In this document: piece after piece, positions 11,088 to 19,615 of the stretch
How positions within the stretch are numbered: the stretch's first letter is position 1
Layout: each line of letters starts with the position of its first letter
Assembly: GCA_943789065.1 (NCBI GenBank)
Contig: CALSSQ010000001.1
Location: forward strand, 523,827 to 587,826
Direction of reading: 5' to 3'
DNA length: 64,000 nt
DNA from: an uncultured Candidatus Actinomarinales bacterium
Lineage (GTDB): Bacteria > Actinomycetota > Acidimicrobiia > Actinomarinales > Actinomarinaceae
Position numbers and translations under genes: made by a program
Notes under the pieces: model-generated
Seen by the model: only the letters and a program-made list of their open reading frames with translations
Told to the model about the DNA's origin: nothing
The model's database searches: none

Positions 11088-11776
11088 TCAAGGTTCATGA
11101 AAATAAGAAGATCTTGAAACAACGATGCCAAAATATACATTTTATCGGTAAATATCAAAAGGCCGATAGAGATTAAAACTAAACCAGATATTTTTGAGGA
11201 ATATTTTTGGAATGCAATAAATATCTTATTTTTAAAACTAAATTTTCCTGATAAAACAGAGATGAGAATAAATGGAATAGATAGACCTAACGAGAAGCTA
11301 ATCAATAAGCCTACACCCCTATATAGAGTTGCGGAATTTGAAGTTAAAGTTAACAGAGCCCCCAATACAGGTCCAATACATGGAGTGAAACCAAAAGCAA
11401 AAGTTAAACCTAAAACAAAATTCTTAAATGTTGAATATTTTTTTATATCAATATAGTTTGCTGAGTAAAAGTATTTCATGTTGAATGTAGGAAAAAGTAA
11501 TAACAATCCAAAGCATATTATTATTAGTCCACTGACCATACCAAGTGTCGAGGAATTTCTTGTGAAGAAAGATCCGACTGAGGATGCTATGGCAGCCAGA
11601 GATATGAAAACTATTGAAAACCCTAAACAAAATTCTAACGAACCTCTAAACCTATTTTGTATTGTGTTCTCGGCCCCTGAAAATATAGTGAGATATCCAG
11701 GCACTAACGGTAACACACAAGGTGAGAAAAAAGATAACATTCCAAAAACAAACGATAGAAAAATATTTACTTCCAT
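11069..11776 (-). CDS. ccdA: Cytochrome c-type biogenesis thiol-disulfide transporter CcdA (DsbD transmembrane-domain family).
   Basis: Two conserved transmembrane cysteines (FFSPCVLPLVPGYL and GFTPCIGPVLGALL); 235 aa, about six transmembrane segments. Confidence 0.8.
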   Translation of the reverse strand: MEVNIFLSFVFGMLSFFSPCVLPLVPGYLTIFSGAENTIQNRFRGSLEFCLGFSIVFISLAAIASSVGSFFTRNSSTLGMVSGLIIICFGLLLLFPTFNMKYFYSANYIDIKKYSTFKNFVLGLTFAFGFTPCIGPVLGALLTLTSNSATLYRGVGLLISFSLGLSIPFILISVLSGKFSFKNKIFIAFQKYSSKISGLVLISIGLLIFTDKMYILASLFQDLLIFMNLDWLSTI

Positions 11777-11795
11777 AGATTAAATATATATATGA

Positions 11796-12443
11796 TTAGG
11801 TATTAAGAGATAAATAGTACTTACAAGAATTGTTAAAATCACAAACGTCACATAATGGTTTTTTTGCATCACAAATGTCTCTTCCAAATTGCACAAAACT
11901 CATTGAAAGATATCGCCAAAAGTCTTTAGGAAAAAGCAATTTTAATTCTTTTTCAGTTTGGACTGGGTCATGTCTTTTAGTTGAAAGCCCAAGTCTGTGA
12001 GAGACCCTCAGTACATGGGTGTCAACAGCTATAGTTGGGTGATCAAATGTTTCTGCAAGAAAAACTGATGCTGTTTTTCTTCCAACGCCAGGGAGTTTTA
12101 CAAGTTCTTCAATTGTCTTAGGAATCCTTGAGTTATATTCTTTTACAAGTATTTTGGATAATGCATGTATGTTCTTAGATTTAACTTTATAAAAACCTGT
12201 AGAGAATACAAGTCTTTCAATACTTTTTAATTTTGCAGATCCCAATGATTTCGCATTTGGATATTCCTTAAACAGCCCCTTAGTAGCTTTATTTACATTT
12301 TCATCTGTCGTTTGAGCTGAAAGGACAATCGAAACAAGTAGCTGAAACTGCGTTCTGTATTTGAGAATTGTTTTGATATCAGAGTATTCTTTACGAAGAT
12401 ATGCATGAAATTTTTTAGCTAGCTGATTTAATTCTTTGCTCAT
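11796..12443 (-). CDS. nth: Endonuclease III (HhH-GPD DNA glycosylase with a 4Fe-4S cluster).
   Basis: LPGVGRKTASVFL helix-hairpin-helix, catalytic D (VDTHVLRV), C-terminal CX6CX2CX5C cluster (CDAKKPLCDVCDFNNSC). Confidence 0.85.
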   Translation of the reverse strand: MSKELNQLAKKFHAYLRKEYSDIKTILKYRTQFQLLVSIVLSAQTTDENVNKATKGLFKEYPNAKSLGSAKLKSIERLVFSTGFYKVKSKNIHALSKILVKEYNSRIPKTIEELVKLPGVGRKTASVFLAETFDHPTIAVDTHVLRVSHRLGLSTKRHDPVQTEKELKLLFPKDFWRYLSMSFVQFGRDICDAKKPLCDVCDFNNSCKYYLSLNT

Positions 12444-12483
12444 ATGTCTATTTTAATCTGTATATTAATCTTCATTAGACTGC

Positions 12484-13311
12484 ATGATTAAAAATAAAAA
12501 AACATTGGCTGTTTCTTCATTAATACTCTCTGCCTTATTTTTTGGTGGAACTTTCATAGTGGTTAAAAATTTACTTGATAACTTTTCCCCTATAAATATT
12601 GTTTTTTTAAGATATGCAATAGCCTCGTTACTATTTTTGTTTACTGGAGGTATTCCAACTAAAAAAACGATAAAACCTGGAATTTTAATGGGATTATTTC
12701 TTTGGATTGGGTATGTAACCCAAACTCAAGGTTTACTTACAACATCAACAATAAATTCAGGAGTTGTAACAGGATTTTATATTGTACTTACTCCAATTTT
12801 TTCAAAAATTATAAATAAAACTAATCTTTCACCAAGAAGTTATATTTTTTCGTTAACAGGTTTTATGGGAATATTTCTTATAGCTAGTAATAGTTATGAT
12901 CAATTATTTGGTAACCTCTTTACGCTTGTATGTGCCACTGGATATGCATTACATATTGTTATGGTCGAAAGGTATATAAAAAATCAAAATATCTCACAGT
13001 TAATGTTTGTTCAATCATTTGTAGGTGCTGCACTTTGTCTACCTTTTATAAACCCTTCGCAGTTTAGTTTCAAAATAGAATACGTTTTACCAATTTTGTT
13101 CTTGGGTTTCATAGTGAACTTTGCCGCATTTTATTTGCAACTATTTGGTCAAAAAGAGGTAAATGCTGCAACCGCTGCATTATTACTAAGCCTGGAGGCA
13201 ATCTTTGCCTTAATTATAGGAATACTATACGTAGGTGAAATATTGAACTTTACTAATTGGGCAGGTGTATTTCTGGTGTTGTTATCTATTTTTCTTATTA
13301 TTAGAGAATAG
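12484..13311 (+). CDS. EamA/DMT-family transporter.
   Basis: About 10 transmembrane segments and a duplicated EamA-like architecture; 275 aa. Confidence 0.6.
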   Translation: MIKNKKTLAVSSLILSALFFGGTFIVVKNLLDNFSPINIVFLRYAIASLLFLFTGGIPTKKTIKPGILMGLFLWIGYVTQTQGLLTTSTINSGVVTGFYIVLTPIFSKIINKTNLSPRSYIFSLTGFMGIFLIASNSYDQLFGNLFTLVCATGYALHIVMVERYIKNQNISQLMFVQSFVGAALCLPFINPSQFSFKIEYVLPILFLGFIVNFAAFYLQLFGQKEVNAATAALLLSLEAIFALIIGILYVGEILNFTNWAGVFLVLLSIFLIIRE

Positions 13312-13564
13312 AATTTTTACTTTGAAGAGTATTCATATATTTCATTATTAGCCTCAACAGCAAAACAAGAAGAAAGAAAATACCTATCAAATAAACAAGA
13401 AGTTTTGGACCTTCTGACACCGGAATAACGCAAGTTACTAAATCATTACATAAGCCAAAACCATCCCCACCTGAGGCAATATTAAATACAATTAGGAGTG
13501 GGTATGCAAGAATTAGAATTAATGAAAGTAAAATAAGAAAAACAATTATTCGTAATAAAAACAT
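13301..13564 (-). CDS. Small hydrophobic hypothetical protein.
   Basis: 87-aa ORF with two or three transmembrane segments. Convergent with the EamA gene. May be real or spurious. Confidence 0.25.
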   Translation of the reverse strand: MFLLRIIVFLILLSLILILAYPLLIVFNIASGGDGFGLCNDLVTCVIPVSEGPKLLVYLIGIFFLLVLLLRLIMKYMNTLQSKNSIL

Positions 13565-13593
13565 ATTTTTTTTATTTTAATATAGTTACATAA

Positions 13594-14256
13594 ATGAAGG
13601 TTAAATTAATAAGTTATTCCAAACCGACTGAAGAATTCTATTCAGATGGTATTACAGATGCCCAGGAATTGGTTGCTTTTTGTGCAAGGGTTTCAAATCC
13701 ATCAAATCAGCTAAATACAGAAACTAGCGAGAAACTTATTAATTATTTAATTAAAAATGCACATTGGTCCCCACTTGAAATGGTTAGTGCTTGTTTGGAA
13801 ATAGAGACAACGCGTGACATAGCTAGGCAGATTTTAAGACATAGGTCATTTAGTTTTCAGGAGTTCAGTCAAAGGTACGCAAACCCCGTTAAGGATTTGG
13901 AATTTAAAATTCGAGAGGCAAGGCTACAGGATGATAAAAATAGACAAAATTCTGTTGAAACCGAGAATGAAGAAATTATATCCAAATGGAATGAACTACA
14001 AGAAGAAGTAATCGAAACTTCAAAGAATGCCTACAACTGGGCTATTGAAGCTGGTATTGCTAAAGAACAAGCTAGATCTGTTTTGCCAGAAGGTAATACA
14101 GTTAGCAGATTGTATATGAATGGAACATTAAGAAGTTGGATACATTATATTCAACTGAGAGCAAGTAATGGCACTCAAAAAGAACATATGGAAATTGCAA
14201 AAGCGTGCGCAGAAGTTATAAATAGTATATTTCCGATGGGTAAAGATTTAAACTAA
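13594..14256 (+). CDS. thyX: Flavin-dependent thymidylate synthase.
   Basis: ThyX signature RHR-x7-S present (ILRHRSFSFQEFSQRY); 220 aa. Confidence 0.8.
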   Translation: MKVKLISYSKPTEEFYSDGITDAQELVAFCARVSNPSNQLNTETSEKLINYLIKNAHWSPLEMVSACLEIETTRDIARQILRHRSFSFQEFSQRYANPVKDLEFKIREARLQDDKNRQNSVETENEEIISKWNELQEEVIETSKNAYNWAIEAGIAKEQARSVLPEGNTVSRLYMNGTLRSWIHYIQLRASNGTQKEHMEIAKACAEVINSIFPMGKDLN

Positions 14257-14462
14257 GAATCTAGTTTGTATTTAAAAACTAAATAATCTTCTGTGATTTC
14301 AAATACTGAATCAGAAATTATCATATAATCTTGATAATCCTTTTCAGCTTGTTTTATAAAGGCTAATCTTTCATCTCCTCCAATTGGTGGCATAGGACGA
14401 TTCTTTACAGCCTCGGCTCTTTCTTTAAATCGGTTTTGAAATTCTTCAATGTTAAATGTCAT
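14253..14462 (-). CDS. Small hypothetical protein downstream of dnaE.
   Basis: 69-aa ORF with no recognisable motif. Confidence 0.3.
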   Translation of the reverse strand: MTFNIEEFQNRFKERAEAVKNRPMPPIGGDERLAFIKQAEKDYQDYMIISDSVFEITEDYLVFKYKLDS

Positions 14463-14475
14463 AGGTTAATATTAA

Positions 14476-17400
14476 TTAATTTTTCAATAATGTGTTAATT
14501 TCATTTCTTAACTGCGTTGTTTTTTTAACTTTTATATTTTTTAATTCAAGAAGCTTCACTCCTTCTTGGTTATTGACTTCCAATTCAACCTTTGATCCTC
14601 CTGGATGCCTTTCTAATAATTCTTTTAATAAAATTAAATTTTTCTTATCCATAATTTCTTCCTGTACTGAAATCTTCAATGGTGTAATATCTAAATCAGT
14701 CAATAATTTCGATGGTTCTATTAGTTCGAAATCTCTAGCTCTAATATTATTTTCAGTTCCTCCAACATATGTACCAGAAACTTTCAGATACAATTCACCA
14801 TCTAGCTGTGCATTATATTTTTCTACAAGTTTATTAAAAACAAGAACACCTAGGGAGCCAGTAGATTCTTGAAGGTCAAATTGAATCCACGCATTTCCTC
14901 TTCTTGATACCCTTTTTTGAACATTGGATACTAAGCCGGTTATGGCGACACTGACTTCTTCGTCTTCTTCTATATCCATAAGCTCAATAATGGAATGGGT
15001 AGATTCAGATCTAAATATCTCTCCATACCCTTCTAAGGGATCCTCACTAACAAAAAACCCTAGCATCTCTCTTTCTCTGTCAAGAAGTTCCTTTTTATCC
15101 CATTCAACATTTTTTATGGTCGTGAGTTCGCTTGTTTGTTCGTCAAAGTCAAAGAGAGATGCTTGAGAGTTGTCTTTTTCTTTCTTTAAACCTTTAGCAT
15201 CTTCTATAAGGTCAATTATTGATTCGTATAAACCTCTTCTAGGTAATCCAAAGTGATCAAAAGCTCCACCTTGAATCATGGCTTCGACTCCCCTTTTGTT
15301 TAAAGATCTGGAATCTGTACGTGCTAAAAAATCCTGTACTGTCTCGTATTTTCCACTCTCCCTTTCTGCTACAATTTTTTCCGCTGTTATATCACCGACA
15401 TTTCTAATAGCTGACAATCCAAACAAAATTTCTCCATTGGCGACAGAAAAATCTTCAATACTTAAATTAATGTCAGGAGTCTTCACATTTACTCCAAGCT
15501 CCCTAGCTTCAGCAAGAAATATAGCGGTTCTATCCTTATCTCTCTTAACAGCAGTTAAACATGCTGATAGATACTCTGCGGGGTGATTTGCTTTGAGATA
15601 GGCCGTTTGATAAGCAATAAGAGCATAAGGAACTGAGTGACTCTTGTTAAATCCGTACCCAGCAAAAAATGCTATTTGATCGAAGAGTTCGATTGAAAAC
15701 TGTTCTGAATAACCATTACTAATAGCTCCATCAGTAAATTTTTTTCTTTGTTGCTCCATAACTTTTGGTATTTTCTTACCCATTGCCTTTCGGAGATCAT
15801 CGGCTTCGTCTAACTGGAATGCTGAGATTTTTTGAGCAATTTGCATAACTTGTTCTTGATATAAAATTACACCATATGTTTCTTCTAATATCTCTTTGAG
15901 ATCTGGATGTAAAAACTCTATCTCTTTTTTACCTGTTGCCCTATCTGCAAATTCAATATGCATATTTGCACCCAAAGGTCCGGGTCTTATTAAAGCAACT
16001 AAAGCAACGATTTCTTCAAACCTAGTAGGTTTCAAACTTCTTGAAGTAATTTGAGCTATTCTACTCTCAAGTTGGAAAACTCCAATCATGCGTCCTGTTG
16101 AAAATAATTCGAATGTTTTTTTGTCATCTAATGGAATTTCATCAATATTAAAATCTTCATTACTAATAAGCTCAACAGTTCTATCAATAATTGAAAGATT
16201 CCTAAGACCTAAAAAATCCATTTTTAACAACCCAAGTTGTTCTACAGTGTGCATTTCAAACTGAGTTACTAACTCTGCATCTTTTCCTTTTTTTTGTACC
16301 GGTAAATAATTTGTGATAGCTTCGGGAGATATGACGACAGCGGCAGCATGGATTCCATCTTGTCTTCTTAAGCCCTCGAGTCCAAGTGCTATATCAATTA
16401 TTCTTTTAACCTCCTCATCATTTTTATATTGATTTCTTAATTCAGATGATGCAGTGTAAAACTCTTTACTATAGCCACTATTATTTTCCTCATCTAACTG
16501 CAAACATTCACCCAGTGTTGCAGTATTTCCTAATATCATAGGTGGCATGAGTTTTGCAACCTTATCTCCTGCTGAAAATGGAAGACCTAATACTCTCGAT
16601 GCATCGCGAATAGCTTGTTTTGCTTTAATGGTTGCAAAGGTAACTATGTGAGCAACTTTATCTTCTCCATATTTTCCAATAACATAATCGATAACATCTT
16701 TTCGATAACGTTCATCAATATCCATATCAATATCAGGTAGTTCTTTACGGCCTTTATTGAGGAATCTTTCAAAGAGTAACCCATATTTCAAGGGTTCTAT
16801 TCCTGTTATCCCAAGACAATATGAAACAATAGATCCTGCAGCAGAACCCCTTCCTGCACCAGTTCTGATATTATTTTCTTTTGCATACTGAATAAGATCT
16901 CCGACGATTAAGAAATAAGAAGCAAACCCCATAGAATTAATAACTTCAAGTTCATACTCTATTCGTTCAGTAATCTCATCAGTTAATTCTTGGTATACAG
17001 ACTTTGCACCTTCGTAGACAAGATTTTTAAGATAGTCTTCAACGGTTAAGTTTGGAACATCAATCGGAAAAGCTGGGAGATAATACTTCCCAGATTCAAA
17101 ATTGTATTCAACTCTATCAGCTATTTCCAAAGTGTTGTCACAAGCACCTGGGTACTCAGAGTCATTAAAAAGTGTTCTCATCTCCTCCGAAGATTTAACA
17201 TAATATCCTTCTCCTTCAAACTTAAATCTCGAATCGTCATCAATAGTGGCGTTAGTCTGTACGCAAAGCAACGCATCATGAGCAGAGGAATCTTCAGGGT
17301 TTACGTAGTGTGAATCATTTGTTGCAACTAGTGGAGCTGAAAGCTCATTTGATATTTTTAATAAATCCGGAAGTATTATTTCTTGTTGTTTAATCCCATG

Positions 17401-17970
17401 GTTATGAAGTTCTATATAAAAATTTTCTCTACCATAAATGCTTTGATACAACTCTGCCTTTTCAAGTGCTTTCTGATAGCTTCTTTCACCTTGATTGTTA
17501 CCCTCTTCTATTGAGCCGTCTGGAGCCAAATGCTGGGCAACCTCTCCTCCAAGGCATCCAGATAAAGCTATGACACCTTTTGAATGGTTTCTTAATAATT
17601 CATAATCAAGCCTGGGCTTGTAGTAATAACCCTCTGTAAAGGCTTTGCTAGCAAGTTGTACAAGATTCCAGTACCCTTCATTATTTTCTGCTAAAAGTGT
17701 TAAATGGTAACGTTTGTTTTTATTTCTATCTGGTCGGTCAAATCTAGATCCTGTTGTGATGTAGGCTTCATATCCGATAATGGGTTTTACTCCATTTTTT
17801 TTGGCTATGTTATGAAATTCCAAAGCACCATAAAGATTTCCATGGTCAGTAATCGCAGCTGCTGGTTGGTGAAGCTCTTTTACCCTATCTATGTATGTTT
17901 GTATTTTTGCAGCTCCATCCAGCATTGAATACTCAGTGTGGGCATGTAGGTGGACAAAGGATTTACTCAT
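14476..17970 (-). CDS. dnaE: DNA polymerase III alpha subunit.
   Basis: N-terminal PHP domain (HLHAHTEYSMLDGA), polymerase core, C-terminal OB fold; 1164 aa. Confidence 0.9.
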   Translation of the reverse strand: MSKSFVHLHAHTEYSMLDGAAKIQTYIDRVKELHQPAAAITDHGNLYGALEFHNIAKKNGVKPIIGYEAYITTGSRFDRPDRNKNKRYHLTLLAENNEGYWNLVQLASKAFTEGYYYKPRLDYELLRNHSKGVIALSGCLGGEVAQHLAPDGSIEEGNNQGERSYQKALEKAELYQSIYGRENFYIELHNHGIKQQEIILPDLLKISNELSAPLVATNDSHYVNPEDSSAHDALLCVQTNATIDDDSRFKFEGEGYYVKSSEEMRTLFNDSEYPGACDNTLEIADRVEYNFESGKYYLPAFPIDVPNLTVEDYLKNLVYEGAKSVYQELTDEITERIEYELEVINSMGFASYFLIVGDLIQYAKENNIRTGAGRGSAAGSIVSYCLGITGIEPLKYGLLFERFLNKGRKELPDIDMDIDERYRKDVIDYVIGKYGEDKVAHIVTFATIKAKQAIRDASRVLGLPFSAGDKVAKLMPPMILGNTATLGECLQLDEENNSGYSKEFYTASSELRNQYKNDEEVKRIIDIALGLEGLRRQDGIHAAAVVISPEAITNYLPVQKKGKDAELVTQFEMHTVEQLGLLKMDFLGLRNLSIIDRTVELISNEDFNIDEIPLDDKKTFELFSTGRMIGVFQLESRIAQITSRSLKPTRFEEIVALVALIRPGPLGANMHIEFADRATGKKEIEFLHPDLKEILEETYGVILYQEQVMQIAQKISAFQLDEADDLRKAMGKKIPKVMEQQRKKFTDGAISNGYSEQFSIELFDQIAFFAGYGFNKSHSVPYALIAYQTAYLKANHPAEYLSACLTAVKRDKDRTAIFLAEARELGVNVKTPDINLSIEDFSVANGEILFGLSAIRNVGDITAEKIVAERESGKYETVQDFLARTDSRSLNKRGVEAMIQGGAFDHFGLPRRGLYESIIDLIEDAKGLKKEKDNSQASLFDFDEQTSELTTIKNVEWDKKELLDREREMLGFFVSEDPLEGYGEIFRSESTHSIIELMDIEEDEEVSVAITGLVSNVQKRVSRRGNAWIQFDLQESTGSLGVLVFNKLVEKYNAQLDGELYLKVSGTYVGGTENNIRARDFELIEPSKLLTDLDITPLKISVQEEIMDKKNLILLKELLERHPGGSKVELEVNNQEGVKLLELKNIKVKKTTQLRNEINTLLKN

Positions 17971-17999
17971 AAAAACATATTAAAAGTATTTTTTAATAA

Positions 18000-18710
18000 T
18001 TACACATCTAACACTCGATTAAAAAAAGAAGGTACATCAGAGCTGAAAGAATATTTTTCATTGTCTAGTGTAAATTTTAATACAGCAGAATGAAGCGCAA
18101 TTGAATTTTCTGGAATTATATGATTTTTAGATGCGTTATAAAGTGTGTCGTTAAGTATCGGTGTTTTCATATATTCCATGTGAGCTCTGATTTGATGATT
18201 CCTTCCTGTTATAAGGTCGAGTTCAATCTTTGAGATATTAAAATCTTCATAAAAATTTAGTAACTCATACTTAGTAATTGAATTTCGTCCATTAGTGTCA
18301 ACGGTTCGTTTACTACGATTTTTCAATGAACGGGCTAATGGAAGGTTTAAAATTCCAGAATCTGAAGGGAGAGCTCCCTCAATTAAAGCAACATAAGATT
18401 TTGTGATTTCTCTATTCTTGAATTTATCTTTTAGAAGATTATAAGATTCCAAATTCAGAGCACAAACTATTAGTCCTGATGTGACTCTATCTAATCTATG
18501 AACAATTCCCTCTCTATTTTCCTCACCCCAAGATAAAATGCCTGGATGCTCATCCACGAGATAGTCTCGTAAAGTTAATTCTGTAGATTTATTAGTAGGG
18601 TGAGTAAGTAAACCGTTAGGTTTATTAAAAATAATGAAATTATCATCTTCGTAGACTACTTTTATGTTACTTATTTTTGAACTCCGAAAATAACAATATG
18701 GTGATTCCAA
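18000..18710 (-). CDS. rluD: RluA-family pseudouridine synthase (RluD-like, no N-terminal S4 domain).
   Basis: Catalytic motif HRLDRVTSGLIV and position downstream of lspA as in mycobacteria. The real start is probably internal to the 44-nt overlap with lspA. Confidence 0.7.
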   Translation of the reverse strand: MESPYCYFRSSKISNIKVVYEDDNFIIFNKPNGLLTHPTNKSTELTLRDYLVDEHPGILSWGEENREGIVHRLDRVTSGLIVCALNLESYNLLKDKFKNREITKSYVALIEGALPSDSGILNLPLARSLKNRSKRTVDTNGRNSITKYELLNFYEDFNISKIELDLITGRNHQIRAHMEYMKTPILNDTLYNASKNHIIPENSIALHSAVLKFTLDNEKYSFSSDVPSFFNRVLDV

Positions 18711-19125
18711 TGCTTATTAAGGAATCAGCAAAGTTAAAACTTGGAATAAACAGCAGTTCTACAAAATCTGTTACTTTCCCGCCGTTGTTAGTCACTAAAT
18801 TCCAACCTCTTTCAGATAAGTTCCCTAGCGCACCTCCAAGTATTAAAATGTAGGAATAAAGTTCAAGTGAACTATTTTTAGAATCTTTTATTTGGAACAC
18901 CAACCAAACTAGAACTAATAAAGAAACCACATACGTAGCATTTGTGTAATCGCTCAGAAATCCGAAAGCTATGCCAGTATTGTAAGTAAGGTCGATAGTT
19001 AAAAAGTTTTCTATTAAGACCAACTCTTGAATATTTTCAATTCTGACATAATACTTTGTTAAATTATCTATCAGAGCTAAAGAAATTACTGTAATAGTTG
19101 GGTATAGGTACTTTTTAAGAGTCAA
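18667..19125 (-). CDS. lspA: Lipoprotein signal peptidase (signal peptidase II).
   Basis: Four transmembrane segments and conserved NTGIAFG and FNFADS motifs; 152 aa. Confidence 0.8.
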   Translation of the reverse strand: MTLKKYLYPTITVISLALIDNLTKYYVRIENIQELVLIENFLTIDLTYNTGIAFGFLSDYTNATYVVSLLVLVWLVFQIKDSKNSSLELYSYILILGGALGNLSERGWNLVTNNGGKVTDFVELLFIPSFNFADSLISIGITILLFSEFKNK

Positions 19126-19492
19126 TTAAAACGGCACAATCTTTACAGTTTGATGAATAGGGCAAAGCCTCTAGTCTTGCTACCGGAATAGCAATTCCAC
19201 AATTTTCACATATACCGTATTTTTTCTTCTTTATGAGAAAAAGTGCGTGCTCAACTTGATTCAAGAGATATTTTGTATTTTCATCCAAAGTTAACTCTTT
19301 TTCTAATTCAAAAGCCATTGAACCACCATCAGCTTCTGATGGATCTGGACTTCTTTCAGCTGAACCTTCAGAAAGCCTGACTTTTTCGCGTTCTTCTTGG
19401 TGTCTTTCTAAAATGCCTTTAAGGTTTACTTGTTCTTGTTCAAGTTTTTTCTTGAATTTATTAACGGTATTAGCTGATAATTTTCTTGTCAT
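19115..19492 (-). CDS. DksA/TraR-family C4 zinc-finger protein.
   Basis: C-terminal CENCGIAIPVARLEALPYSSNCKDC, coiled-coil N-terminus. Confidence 0.7.
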   Translation of the reverse strand: MTRKLSANTVNKFKKKLEQEQVNLKGILERHQEEREKVRLSEGSAERSPDPSEADGGSMAFELEKELTLDENTKYLLNQVEHALFLIKKKKYGICENCGIAIPVARLEALPYSSNCKDCAVLIDS

Positions 19493-19615
19493 ATATATTT
19501 CCTATTAATTTAAATATCTTAGTAAATTTCCACGAAAAGTTAAGTATTTTATAAACTTTTAAATAATCTTTATTAATGACATATTTAATTGAAAAAGCTT
19601 TAAAATTTTAAAGAT

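Noticed and set aside
19493-19615. Possible T-box or other leader upstream of ileS.
   Set aside because: The intergenic region is only about 120 nt and extremely AT-rich. It has no T-box consensus (AATTAGGGTGGTACCGCG-like), no specifier/antiterminator structure and no leader ORF. It is more likely a plain divergent promoter region.
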